Source: a candidate division WOR-3 bacterium
GTDB taxonomy: Bacteria; Hydrothermota; Tepidihabitantia; SM23-42
Assembly (NCBI GenBank): GCA_020343455.1
Contig: CP070795.1
Coordinates: 1,338,756-1,400,899 of the forward strand
Direction of reading: 5' to 3'
Length of the DNA stretch: 62,144 bases
The notes under the pieces were generated by a model that worked only from the letters and a program-made list of their open reading frames with translations, ran no database searches and was not told the origin of the DNA. The position numbers and the translations under genes were made by a program. Shown one piece after another: positions 45,440-53,960 of this stretch (its first letter is position 1; each line of letters begins with the position of its first letter).

Positions 45440-46131
45440 AATTTTGCCTTCATGTGATTCCTCAAATTCTTTACGGCTAGATGGTGATTGACTTTGATCG
45501 TACTTATCGGCTTCTTCAATATATCGCTCACTTCCTGGTATGACATATCCTCAAGAGTTCGCAATGTGAAAACTGCTCGCTGCACGGTCGGCAGTTTCTC
45601 AACTGCTTCATAGATCATCTCACGCAGTTTCTTGTTCCGATAACGCTCAACGGGATCATCCTTTCCGCTGCTGACGATTTCGTCGTATATCTCCTCGGTT
45701 GGTCGCTGTTTCTTCAGGTAGTTGAGACAGTTATTGACCGCTATCCTGTATAGCCACGTGGAAAACTGCGACCGGCCATCGAACTTCGTGATCTTCCGGT
45801 AGGCCTTAATGAATGTTTCCTGCGCCATGTCCCGTGCGTCATCATAGTTGCGCAAAATCTTATAACAAAGATCATGGATCTTGATGCTGTGCCTGCGCAC
45901 CAGTTCGTCGAATGGTTGTGGTTCGCCGGATTTTACCAGTTGCACAAGCTCGGCATCACTGAGCTGCCGATATTTAGACAGCCTATCGCCGAATGAGTTT
46001 ACCCCTTCGGCTCGGTCCTTCTTCTGCCGCCCTTTATTCTTTCGCGACCGCGCGGCCTTCGTTTCTGCACCAGCCATCTTTTCCGCCATTTTTGGGGGAT
46101 TTTTCTCCTGCCCTATGCTCTTGTTGCGCAT
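45436..46131 (-). CDS. ECF (sigma-24) RNA polymerase sigma factor with a basic N-terminal extension
   Basis: Region 2 (FDELVRRHSIKIHDLCYKIL...DAEDMAQETFIKAY type) and region 4 (MSYQEVSDILKKPISTIKVNHHLAVKNL) are recognisable. About 50 Lys/Arg-rich residues precede region 2. The start codon is uncertain. Confidence 0.75.
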   Translation of the reverse strand: MRNKSIGQEKNPPKMAEKMAGAETKAARSRKNKGRQKKDRAEGVNSFGDRLSKYRQLSDAELVQLVKSGEPQPFDELVRRHSIKIHDLCYKILRNYDDARDMAQETFIKAYRKITKFDGRSQFSTWLYRIAVNNCLNYLKKQRPTEEIYDEIVSSGKDDPVERYRNKKLREMIYEAVEKLPTVQRAVFTLRTLEDMSYQEVSDILKKPISTIKVNHHLAVKNLRNHMKAKL

Positions 46132-46146
46132 TCAATGCGGTCATTA

Positions 46147-47292
46147 CTAGTATCCGCGTTTTCTTCCGATTAGTTGCATTATTCTGTTACGTATCTTGCT
46201 GACCGAATCTCCCGTTTGCTCGGCGATACGTTTGAGGTCGCGGTATTCGACTGAGTACTTTGTTCTGCCATCATATTCAATGATTTTCACCCGGACATTA
46301 CCGTAGGGGGAAGCGATTCTCCGCATCCTTCGTTGGAACTTCAATCTCCTTACGTTGTCCAAGCGAAAACCGATCGACGTTGTGTGTGCGAAGAGAACAT
46401 CGACCACGTAGTCGAGGTTCTTCTGGCATAAGACGGTCAAGTGGATGCCAGGCCGGGAGCGTTTCATTATTGTGGGCGTGAGGAAGACGTCGAGTGCTCC
46501 GGCCGCATAGAGTTTCTCAAATAGCATTTCAAAGTCTTGAGGGTTCATATCGTCGATATTGGTCTGGATGACCGTGCATTCATCGGTCAGGTGATCGTAT
46601 GACTCGCCGAGGAAGACACGCAAAATGTTCGGGTGATCTTTGATGTCCCTGGACCCGGCGCCCAGTCCAATTCCGTTGATCTTCGAAACGAAAAGATCTT
46701 CACGAGGTGTAGCGATGCTGCTCAGTATTGCAGCTCCGGTTGGTGTGGTAAGTTCAGCAGAGGTCGGGACGAAGTGCACCGGGAATTTCTTGAGCAGTAA
46801 TGCGGTCGCAAAGTTGAAGGCGGGCATATTCCCTTCGATCGTCTTGACAAAACCAGCGCCAGCTTTCACCGGCCTTGAATATACCTTATCTACCTTTAGT
46901 ACATCTAACCCAACGAGCACACCTACGATATCGAGGAGCGTGTCGGCGTCGGCGAGTTCATGGAGGTGCAAATGCTCCGTACGGTGTACCCGCTTCTCAA
47001 CCGCAAAAATCCTTTCGATGATATCGATTGCCTGGTCCTTGATCCGCGATGGAAGTTTGCTCTTCTTAATGAGCGGAATGAACTGTTTCTCACGTATCTT
47101 CTTGCGTATGGTGAAGCTGACCTTGCAGGCGTTTACACCTTGGCGAGTGACGCGGCCGACTTTCAGTTCTGAACCCGGAACGAAGCTCAATGCCTTCCGC
47201 AGATGGTCTCGCTTGACGCCGAGATCGATGAGAGCAGCGAGTATCATATCTACGCTTGCCCCGCCGATCGGGTCGAAGTAAAGCAATTTCAT
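46147..47292 (-). CDS. larC: Nickel-pincer cofactor nickel insertion protein LarC (DUF111)
   Basis: Motifs present are MKLLYFDPIGGASVDMILAALIDLGV, ELTTPTGAAIL, TNIDDMNPQDFE, GALDVFLTPTIMKRSRPG and TTSIGFR. The start was set at ATG 47292, overlapping the larB stop codon as ATGA. Confidence 0.8.
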   Translation of the reverse strand: MKLLYFDPIGGASVDMILAALIDLGVKRDHLRKALSFVPGSELKVGRVTRQGVNACKVSFTIRKKIREKQFIPLIKKSKLPSRIKDQAIDIIERIFAVEKRVHRTEHLHLHELADADTLLDIVGVLVGLDVLKVDKVYSRPVKAGAGFVKTIEGNMPAFNFATALLLKKFPVHFVPTSAELTTPTGAAILSSIATPREDLFVSKINGIGLGAGSRDIKDHPNILRVFLGESYDHLTDECTVIQTNIDDMNPQDFEMLFEKLYAAGALDVFLTPTIMKRSRPGIHLTVLCQKNLDYVVDVLFAHTTSIGFRLDNVRRLKFQRRMRRIASPYGNVRVKIIEYDGRTKYSVEYRDLKRIAEQTGDSVSKIRNRIMQLIGRKRGY

Positions 47293-47969
47293 GACCGGTT
47301 GATCGTTGAAGCGATATAACCTGCCCCAAAGCCGTTGTCGATGTTTACGACCGCGACCCCCGGTGCGCATGAATTGAGCATGGTCAGGAGAGGAGTAATG
47401 CCCTGGAGACTCAGCCCGTAACCGATGCTCGTCGGCACCGCGATGATCGGTCTGGAGAATAGTCCACCGGCTACTGATGGCAGAACGCCGTCCATGCCGG
47501 CTACGACGATCAGGACCCGCGATTTTTCGATGCGTTCCCGGAAGGCCAGCAGGCGGTGGACACCTGCGACCCCGACATCATATATTCGCTGTACCCGGCT
47601 GCCCATTACTTCGGCGGTCACTGCCGCTTCCTCGGCGACCGGAATGTCCGCTGTGCCGCCACTGAGTACGGATATGAGTCCAACCTTTGGCAGACCTTTG
47701 CCCGTGTGGAAGATCTTCGCATCGGGGTGGTACTTGCCTTTAGGGAATTTCTTCTTGAGTGCTCTACCGACCTCTGGAGTGACTCTTGTCAGTAGAACGA
47801 TTTCATTTGCCCTGCATATTTTTGCGGCAATCGCCAGCACCTGTTCTTTCGTCTTCCCCTGGCAGAAAACGACTTCGGGGAACCCTTTTCTCTTTGCCCG
47901 GTGCAAGTCTACTTTTGCATAGCCCATATCTTCGAACGGATCGATGTACACCTTGTCTTTCTTGTTCAT
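47289..47969 (-). CDS. larB: Nickel-pincer cofactor biosynthesis protein LarB (PurE-like carboxylase/hydrolase)
   Basis: Motifs present are GFPEVVFCQGKT, SGGTADIPVAEEAAVTAEVMG, DVGVAGVHRLL, VVAGMDGVLPSV and VVNIDNGFGAGY. Confidence 0.8.
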   Translation of the reverse strand: MNKKDKVYIDPFEDMGYAKVDLHRAKRKGFPEVVFCQGKTKEQVLAIAAKICRANEIVLLTRVTPEVGRALKKKFPKGKYHPDAKIFHTGKGLPKVGLISVLSGGTADIPVAEEAAVTAEVMGSRVQRIYDVGVAGVHRLLAFRERIEKSRVLIVVAGMDGVLPSVAGGLFSRPIIAVPTSIGYGLSLQGITPLLTMLNSCAPGVAVVNIDNGFGAGYIASTINRS

Positions 47970-48070
47970 AATTTTCCTGTCATCTATGTGACTTGGTACC
48001 TTGTCTCTCGACTACCAGTTCTTCCTGTTGTTGTGACATCTTCATTTCAGCATTCCGCAATCTCTGTGGG

Positions 48071-49468
48071 TTAGAAAACTTCGGCTGAAAAGCGGTATAC
48101 TTCTATATCTTTCGAACGTAACGAATCAACGGGCAACCCTGCTTTGTAACAGGTATGGACGAGGAATTCATCGACATCCCAGCCCTGTTCGACCGGCACC
48201 TGTGGTAGCAGTAACCCTCCATAAATGCCTTTTTGAATGTACAGGCCGTCGCGTCCGATGACGATTTCACTCTTATCCCGTACCGGCTGCATTGGAGTAA
48301 GGACTGAGATTTCGATCTCCAGATCGGCTAATTCTTCGGCAGTGACGGGCGGGAAACGCGGGTCCTGCAGGGCAGCAGCCTGTGCCATTTGCCCGCACAG
48401 TTCGTACACTGGATGATCGCCAATGTACCGTCCTATGCATCCGCGGAGGTCTCCGTGTTTCTTGATCGTGACGAATATGCCATATGGCTCTTGGAGTTTC
48501 TTCGTTATTTTTTCCGGTTTAGGTGCCGGTTTTCCTCGAACGGCGTTCTCTATGGATGTGCGTGCGATCTCTCTCAGTGTTTCTTTTTCGTCATCACTGA
48601 ACCCCAGATCGACGCCGACTTTCACCTTCTTCTCCTTATAAAAAGCGGCTGCCATGTACCCGACGACTTGCGTATGATCGCCCGTGATGTCGCCGCTCGT
48701 TGCATATAGCAGCGGTTTGGCCTTGTCTGCGCCAAGTTCGCGTGCGACCAGCATTGCAGTGATCATAGGACCTCCGCCGCAGGCGTCACAGCTCCGGCTA
48801 CTGAGCCTTTCATGGAGTAATTCGGGGTCGAATTTTGCGACCGCGTCGACGACCATTTTGTCAAGCGCCTCGGCTCGTTTCTGAGATTGGTAATGTGATA
48901 GATCAGAACTGGCAACGATCAAAACCTTCCTTCCCCTGGTTGCTTTGGCGATCGCCTTGCTCAGCATTTCGCAGGTCTTATAATCCTGCGTGCCCATTAT
49001 GATCTCTATCGCCTTGAATTTCCCGACGGTGAATTGTATGAAGGGCATTTGGATCTCAACCGAGTGTTCAGCGGCATGGGCGTCGGGTTCGTAAGTTATA
49101 TCTTTGTCTGCGGCTATCAGTCTCCTGGCGATCTCAATGTCAAAGTCGATCTTTCCCAGCGGCGTTTGTCGACCAGACAACGTGTCGACCGATGCACCGT
49201 AGAAAGCGTGGCGGTGACTGGGACCAATGACGACGACGTCGTCGCATTCCCATCCCCCAAACAGCTTGTAGGCATACGCCGCGACCGGGCCCGAATACAT
49301 GTATCCGGCATGGGGCGAGATCAAGCCGACTATCTCGCCGGGTACGGTTGCCTCAGCCTTATCCAGGTAGCCGGTGATGGTCTCCCTCAATTCCTTCTCG
49401 GTACCGGGGTACCATGTGCCGGCATGCGGCGAAGCCCGGTATTCTTTCCCTTCGCACTTCTGTGCCAT
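48071..49468 (-). CDS. Fusion of Memo-like (AmmeMemoRadiSam protein B) and AMMECR1 (protein A) domains
   Basis: The N-terminal half carries AGTWYPG, ISPHAGYMYSG and SSDLSH (Memo). The C-terminal half carries GIFVTIKKHGDLRGCIG and LQDPRFPPV (AMMECR1). ATG 49468 is preferred because AGGAG lies 8 nt upstream. The alternative start is 49516. Confidence 0.7.
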   Translation of the reverse strand: MAQKCEGKEYRASPHAGTWYPGTEKELRETITGYLDKAEATVPGEIVGLISPHAGYMYSGPVAAYAYKLFGGWECDDVVVIGPSHRHAFYGASVDTLSGRQTPLGKIDFDIEIARRLIAADKDITYEPDAHAAEHSVEIQMPFIQFTVGKFKAIEIIMGTQDYKTCEMLSKAIAKATRGRKVLIVASSDLSHYQSQKRAEALDKMVVDAVAKFDPELLHERLSSRSCDACGGGPMITAMLVARELGADKAKPLLYATSGDITGDHTQVVGYMAAAFYKEKKVKVGVDLGFSDDEKETLREIARTSIENAVRGKPAPKPEKITKKLQEPYGIFVTIKKHGDLRGCIGRYIGDHPVYELCGQMAQAAALQDPRFPPVTAEELADLEIEISVLTPMQPVRDKSEIVIGRDGLYIQKGIYGGLLLPQVPVEQGWDVDEFLVHTCYKAGLPVDSLRSKDIEVYRFSAEVF

Positions 49469-49509
49469 AAAAAGTACTCCTGTGAAGATAATACACCAAA
49501 GAGATCTAT

Positions 49510-49848
49510 TCAACATGTTAGATGCAGGCAGGCGATGACTTTCCTTTCCTGAGCGATTCTATTGTACTCCTGACATGCCTGCTCGGTTGGCATGATAACC
49601 ATTTCTATATGTAATTTCTCCATTTCGGCGATCGTCGTGCTTGAAATGTTCATTAGTCCTGGTTGGCCGGTACCGAATATGACTGTATCGGGATGGGCAT
49701 CAATGACCTGTCTGATATCATCCAGTTCCAGAATATGCCCCCTTTTTCTCAACCATCGCGAGTCGACATGGTCAGTGTATATGATTACGTCGGTGTGGTA
49801 AGTCTTGCCCGAGATGACGATCTCACCGAATCTATATGCTTCAATCAC
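49510..49848 (-). CDS. Mth938-like (DUF498) domain protein
   Basis: Motifs present are FGEIVISGKTYHTDVII and DTVIFGTGQPG. The GTG start lies 6 nt after a -10 box. Confidence 0.6.
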   Translation of the reverse strand: MIEAYRFGEIVISGKTYHTDVIIYTDHVDSRWLRKRGHILELDDIRQVIDAHPDTVIFGTGQPGLMNISSTTIAEMEKLHIEMVIMPTEQACQEYNRIAQERKVIACLHLTC

Positions 49849-49854
49849 ATATCA

Positions 49855-49882
49855 ATCATACGGAATATCAGGGTAGTGTCAA
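49855..49882 (-). promoter_or_regulatory. sigma70-type promoter giving a predicted leaderless transcript, heading the Mth938-like to anti-sigma gene string
   Basis: On the minus strand, TTGACA (49882-49877), a 16-nt spacer and TATGAT (49860-49855). Six nt follow, then the GTG at 49848. Confidence 0.6.
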
Positions 49883-50067
49883 GACACTCCTGCCCCGAAA
49901 AGGGGAAGCAAATCATCGGAGAAACCGAGGAGCAGAAGTCGGAACCGCATCATCACCAGATAATCGGCATACCACTGCGTTCGATCGGCACTCGGCATCG
50001 AGACACGGGTTCAGTTCATTGGATTCGGCAAATGTGCCGCAGTATGATATGCTTTCCCATAAATTTC

Positions 50068-50096
50068 TTGACATTCATTCACCAAACGTGTAGGAT
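50068..50096 (+). promoter_or_regulatory. sigma70-type promoter giving a predicted leaderless transcript for lpxD
   Basis: TTGACA (50068-50073), a 17-nt spacer and TAGGAT (50091-50096). Five nt follow, then the GTG at 50102. Confidence 0.55.
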
Positions 50097-50101
50097 TGGG
50101 C

Positions 50102-51046
50102 GTGAAGCTTGAGGCTATTGCGTTGGTCGTCGAGGGCGAGGCATACGGGGACATACGGTTTGATGTGAAGAGTGTAGTACCGCCGATAGAGGCGCAATCA
50201 TCGGATCTCACTTTTCTCTTCGATGCTTCGGTGGAGACGAAGGCCGGGGCGGTCATAAGCGACAGGAAGATTGAAGGCAAGAGCGGCATTGTTGTGAAGG
50301 ACCCGAAGAACGCAATGTTTCGCCTCCTGAGAGTTTTCGCAGAAGTCGAGAGGAAAGCCGAAATCTCTCAGCGCGCAGTCATCGAGTACGGCGCGAGGTT
50401 GGCGAGTTCCTGTACTGTCGAACCTCTAGCAGTGATAAAGAGGAATGCCCAAGTCGGTCATGGTACCTACATCGGTGCACAGTGCTACATCGATGAGGGG
50501 GTGATGATCGGCGCGAACTGCCGAATTCTACCGGGTGCCGTACTCTTCAAACACACACAGATCGGGAATTTCGTTGCAATCGACTCGAATACCGTCATTG
50601 GCAAAGAGGGTTTCGGTTACGTGAAGAAAGAGCGCTATGAAAGGATCCGGCATATTGGCGGCGTCATTATAGGTGATTTCGTCGAAATCGGCAGTTGTGT
50701 GTCGATCGACCGTGGCACCGTGGGAAATACGGTGATCGGTGAAGGAACGAAAATAGATAATCAGGTGCATATTGCCCATAATGTGAGGATCGGTAAGAAT
50801 TGCATCATCATGGGACAAGCAGGGATCGCCGGTTCTGCCAAGATCGGTGACAATGTAATCCTCTGCGGTCAGGTGGGGATAAGCGATCATCTGGAAGTCG
50901 AGAACGATGTCATTGTCCTGGCAAAAAGCGGCGTCTTCAAGTCGCTCAAGCACGGTGCGAAGTATTCCGGGATCCCGGCACGTGAGCACAACGCAGTGCT
51001 GAAGGCTCTAGCCCGTCTTTACGCTGATATCGAGTCGGATAAGTGA
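50102..51046 (+). CDS. lpxD: UDP-3-O-acylglucosamine N-acyltransferase
   Basis: The N-terminal domain carries SDLTFL. A long left-handed beta-helix of hexapeptide repeats follows. The gene lies upstream of lpxC. Confidence 0.8.
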   Translation: MKLEAIALVVEGEAYGDIRFDVKSVVPPIEAQSSDLTFLFDASVETKAGAVISDRKIEGKSGIVVKDPKNAMFRLLRVFAEVERKAEISQRAVIEYGARLASSCTVEPLAVIKRNAQVGHGTYIGAQCYIDEGVMIGANCRILPGAVLFKHTQIGNFVAIDSNTVIGKEGFGYVKKERYERIRHIGGVIIGDFVEIGSCVSIDRGTVGNTVIGEGTKIDNQVHIAHNVRIGKNCIIMGQAGIAGSAKIGDNVILCGQVGISDHLEVENDVIVLAKSGVFKSLKHGAKYSGIPAREHNAVLKALARLYADIESDK

Positions 51047-51825
51047 GCACGGTTAGATTGCAGGGTTGTTGCCTCAACGGGGAAGAGAGTTTAGTAGAGA
51101 TACGTTTGAGCGAAGGTTTCGCTTTGTATCTTCATGTTGATTCTCAACCTCCGGTGAGTATCGATTACAGCATTGACAGTATAAGGGTACGAGATCATAC
51201 AGTGACGGTCGGTGATTTGCAGCATCTGCATGTTGTTGAACATCTGTTCTCGGCGCTCTACGGTTTCGATCTCTTTAATGTTCGAATTGACGTGCACGGC
51301 AGTGAAATCCCGTTCTTCGACGGCTCGAGCCGGGAAATCGGGCTTGCGATGGCAGATTTCGACGGCGACGAGTCGCCGGTCATAATACCAGACGGTTGCA
51401 TCGAGATCAGCGAAGGCGAAAGTGTCATCCGTTACACACCAGGGGCTGACGGTGGTTTGATCGTTGACATGATGCTGGTCCATCCGTATATCGGGATGCA
51501 GAGGATCACATTGCCTGTCACCCGGCAAACCTATGCGAGCGAGATCATGCCTGCCCGGACTTTCGTTTTTACTCATGAAGAAGATCCGCGCCTTCATGAT
51601 CTGCCGCCGTACGGCATCGGCATAACTGAGAAGAAAATTCACTCAGCTGCTCCACTGCGGTTCGAGGACGAACCGGTCAGACACAAAATTCTGGATCTGC
51701 TTGGCGATCTGTATGTCATGCGCGGACGATTGTGCGGTAAGATCGTCGCCATCAATACTTCACACCGATTGAACTTCCAGTTCATCCGTAAAGTCATATC
51801 ATCGATGGACGGTCTCAATGCATAA
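51043..51825 (+). CDS. lpxC: UDP-3-O-acyl-N-acetylglucosamine deacetylase
   Basis: Motifs present are VVEHLFSAL, EIPFFDGSS, ARTFVF, RHKILDLLGDL and TSHRLN. The GTG start overlaps the lpxD stop codon as GTGA. At 260 aa the protein is short. Confidence 0.8.
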   Translation: MSTVRLQGCCLNGEESLVEIRLSEGFALYLHVDSQPPVSIDYSIDSIRVRDHTVTVGDLQHLHVVEHLFSALYGFDLFNVRIDVHGSEIPFFDGSSREIGLAMADFDGDESPVIIPDGCIEISEGESVIRYTPGADGGLIVDMMLVHPYIGMQRITLPVTRQTYASEIMPARTFVFTHEEDPRLHDLPPYGIGITEKKIHSAAPLRFEDEPVRHKILDLLGDLYVMRGRLCGKIVAINTSHRLNFQFIRKVISSMDGLNA

Positions 51826-53938
51826 GAAAGGCGTCATTGCAGCGATGATAGTATCTTTGAGCGCGACGTTGTTTGGAGGCGCGCAGAGTGGGGTGAATAT
51901 CGATCCGCCTGTTGCCTCTGTTATCCCGAAGGTCGACACTGTGCATGGTGATATCCGGGTCGATGACTATTTCTGGCTCAGAGACAGAACAGCCCCTGTT
52001 GTGTTGGACTACCTCAGAGCCGAGAACGAGTATACAAGGTCAATGATGCTGGACACCGAGAGTCTACAAGATTCAATATACGCAGAGATGTTGGCCCGTA
52101 TCGAAGAGACAGATATGTCGGTGCCGGTTAGAAGGGACGACTATTGTTATTATTCGCGTACCGAGAAAGGGAAGGAATACCCAATATATTGTAGAACGAA
52201 AGTGAGTGTCGATAGCGCGGAGCAAGTGTTGATCGATCTCAATGAACTCTGCTCAGGACACGCCTATATTGAACTGGGCGCATATGAAGTCAGCCCCGAC
52301 AATCGTTATCTTGCTTATTCCATCGACACCACGGGTTCTGAGCGATACACGCTTTTTTTTAAGGACCTGCAAAGGAATGTTATGTTATCCGATCACATCG
52401 CCAACGTCGATGATCTGGCTGCCTGGGCAAATGACAACCTTACGGTTTACTACACCGTGTTGGACGATGCAAGGAGGCCATTCAAGCTTTACCGGCACAA
52501 GCTGGGTACAGATGCCGACCAGGACAGGATGATCTACCACGAAGAGGATGATGCCTTCTGGCTCGAAATCACCAAGACGAGGAGCGAGCGCTTCTTGCTC
52601 ATGGTTTCAGGCAGCCACACAACGACAGAGGTATTTCACGCCGATGCCGAAGATCCAAGCGGCAATTTTTCATTGATCCGGCCGCGAGAGACAGATGTTG
52701 AATACTACATTGAACACCGTGATACGGTCTTCTACGTACTTACCAACGACGGTGCTCCCAACTTCAAGTTGATGGAGGTTTCGGTCAATGATCCCGCGGC
52801 GGGTAACTGGCAAGAAATCATTCCCCATCGCGATTCGGTCTTGCTCGATGGTATCGATGTTTTCGAAAGCTACACGGTCTTGTATGAACGGGAGAGAGGT
52901 TTGAAGAAGATCCGGATCATTGATGTGAAGGGCAACAATGACTACTACGTTGATTTTCCTGAGCCAACCTATTTCCTTGGAACTGGTGACAACCCCGAAT
53001 TCGGTTCCGAACTTCTCCGTTTCAAGTATTCATCGTTGACGACGCCGTGGACGGTCTTCGATTACCACATGGGTACCCGCGTGCGCGAAATGAAGAAGCG
53101 GGATAAAGTACGCGGGGGTTATGACGCGACACTGTACCAGGTCGAAAGGATCTATGCGCCGGCCGATGACGGCGTGTCCATCCCCATATCACTTGTCTAT
53201 CGAAAGGACATGATGAAATATGGGGAAAATCCGATGCTGTTGATGGGTTATGGCGCATACGGCTGGAGTTATGAACCTTACTTCTCCTCGAATCGCCTCA
53301 GCCTTCTCGATCGGGGATTTGTGTATGCCATCGCGCACGTACGCGGTGGTGGTGAAATGGGTAAATCCTGGCATGAACAGGGACAGTTTCTCCGGAAAAT
53401 TAATACGTTCACGGACTTCATCGCCTGCGCAAAATATCTCACGAACGGGGGGTATACGACGAGCGACCGTCTCGTCATTTCCGGAGGCAGCGCAGGTGGC
53501 CTGCTGATCGGAGCAGTGATCAACATGGAACCTGGACTTTTCAAGGCAGCCGTTGCTGACGTTCCGTTCGTCGATGTCATCAACACCCTGCTGGATCCTT
53601 CGATACCCTTGACCGTAGTCGAATACACTGAGCTTGGCAGTCCATTTGATGAGAAATTCTATTGGTACATGAAATCGTACTCACCGTATGACAACGTGGC
53701 GGCCCGGCGTTATCCGCACATGTTGGTCACCGCCGCATTCAATGATCCGAGGGTGGGCTACTGGGAGCCTGCGAAGTGGACCGCGAAAATACGTGCTCTC
53801 AAGAGTGACGACAATCTGCTCATTCTAAAGACGAACATGGACGCAGGCCATGGCGGGTCATCGGGCAGGTATGCTGAGTTGAGAGATTTTGCCTTCGAAT
53901 ATTCCTTTATGTTAAAGGTGTTAGGGATCGCCCCTTAG
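51818..53938 (+). CDS. ptrB: S9A prolyl oligopeptidase family protease (oligopeptidase B-like), with a signal peptide
   Basis: An N-terminal beta-propeller is followed by a catalytic domain carrying GGSAGGLL (nucleophile Ser), and later D and H segments (DPRV, AGHGG). Confidence 0.8.
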   Translation: MHKKGVIAAMIVSLSATLFGGAQSGVNIDPPVASVIPKVDTVHGDIRVDDYFWLRDRTAPVVLDYLRAENEYTRSMMLDTESLQDSIYAEMLARIEETDMSVPVRRDDYCYYSRTEKGKEYPIYCRTKVSVDSAEQVLIDLNELCSGHAYIELGAYEVSPDNRYLAYSIDTTGSERYTLFFKDLQRNVMLSDHIANVDDLAAWANDNLTVYYTVLDDARRPFKLYRHKLGTDADQDRMIYHEEDDAFWLEITKTRSERFLLMVSGSHTTTEVFHADAEDPSGNFSLIRPRETDVEYYIEHRDTVFYVLTNDGAPNFKLMEVSVNDPAAGNWQEIIPHRDSVLLDGIDVFESYTVLYERERGLKKIRIIDVKGNNDYYVDFPEPTYFLGTGDNPEFGSELLRFKYSSLTTPWTVFDYHMGTRVREMKKRDKVRGGYDATLYQVERIYAPADDGVSIPISLVYRKDMMKYGENPMLLMGYGAYGWSYEPYFSSNRLSLLDRGFVYAIAHVRGGGEMGKSWHEQGQFLRKINTFTDFIACAKYLTNGGYTTSDRLVISGGSAGGLLIGAVINMEPGLFKAAVADVPFVDVINTLLDPSIPLTVVEYTELGSPFDEKFYWYMKSYSPYDNVAARRYPHMLVTAAFNDPRVGYWEPAKWTAKIRALKSDDNLLILKTNMDAGHGGSSGRYAELRDFAFEYSFMLKVLGIAP

Positions 53939-53960
53939 GCTTTCTACTGCTTCAAGAACA

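Noticed and set aside
49469-49516. An apparent signal peptide (MLNRSLWCIIFTGVLF) at the N-terminus of the Memo::AMMECR1 fusion, which would imply export.
   Set aside because: The ATG at 49516 has no Shine-Dalgarno sequence and overlaps the end of the Mth938-like gene. The in-frame ATG at 49468 is preceded by AGGAG at 8 nt and starts right at the conserved Memo N-terminus. The hydrophobic stretch is most likely untranslated.
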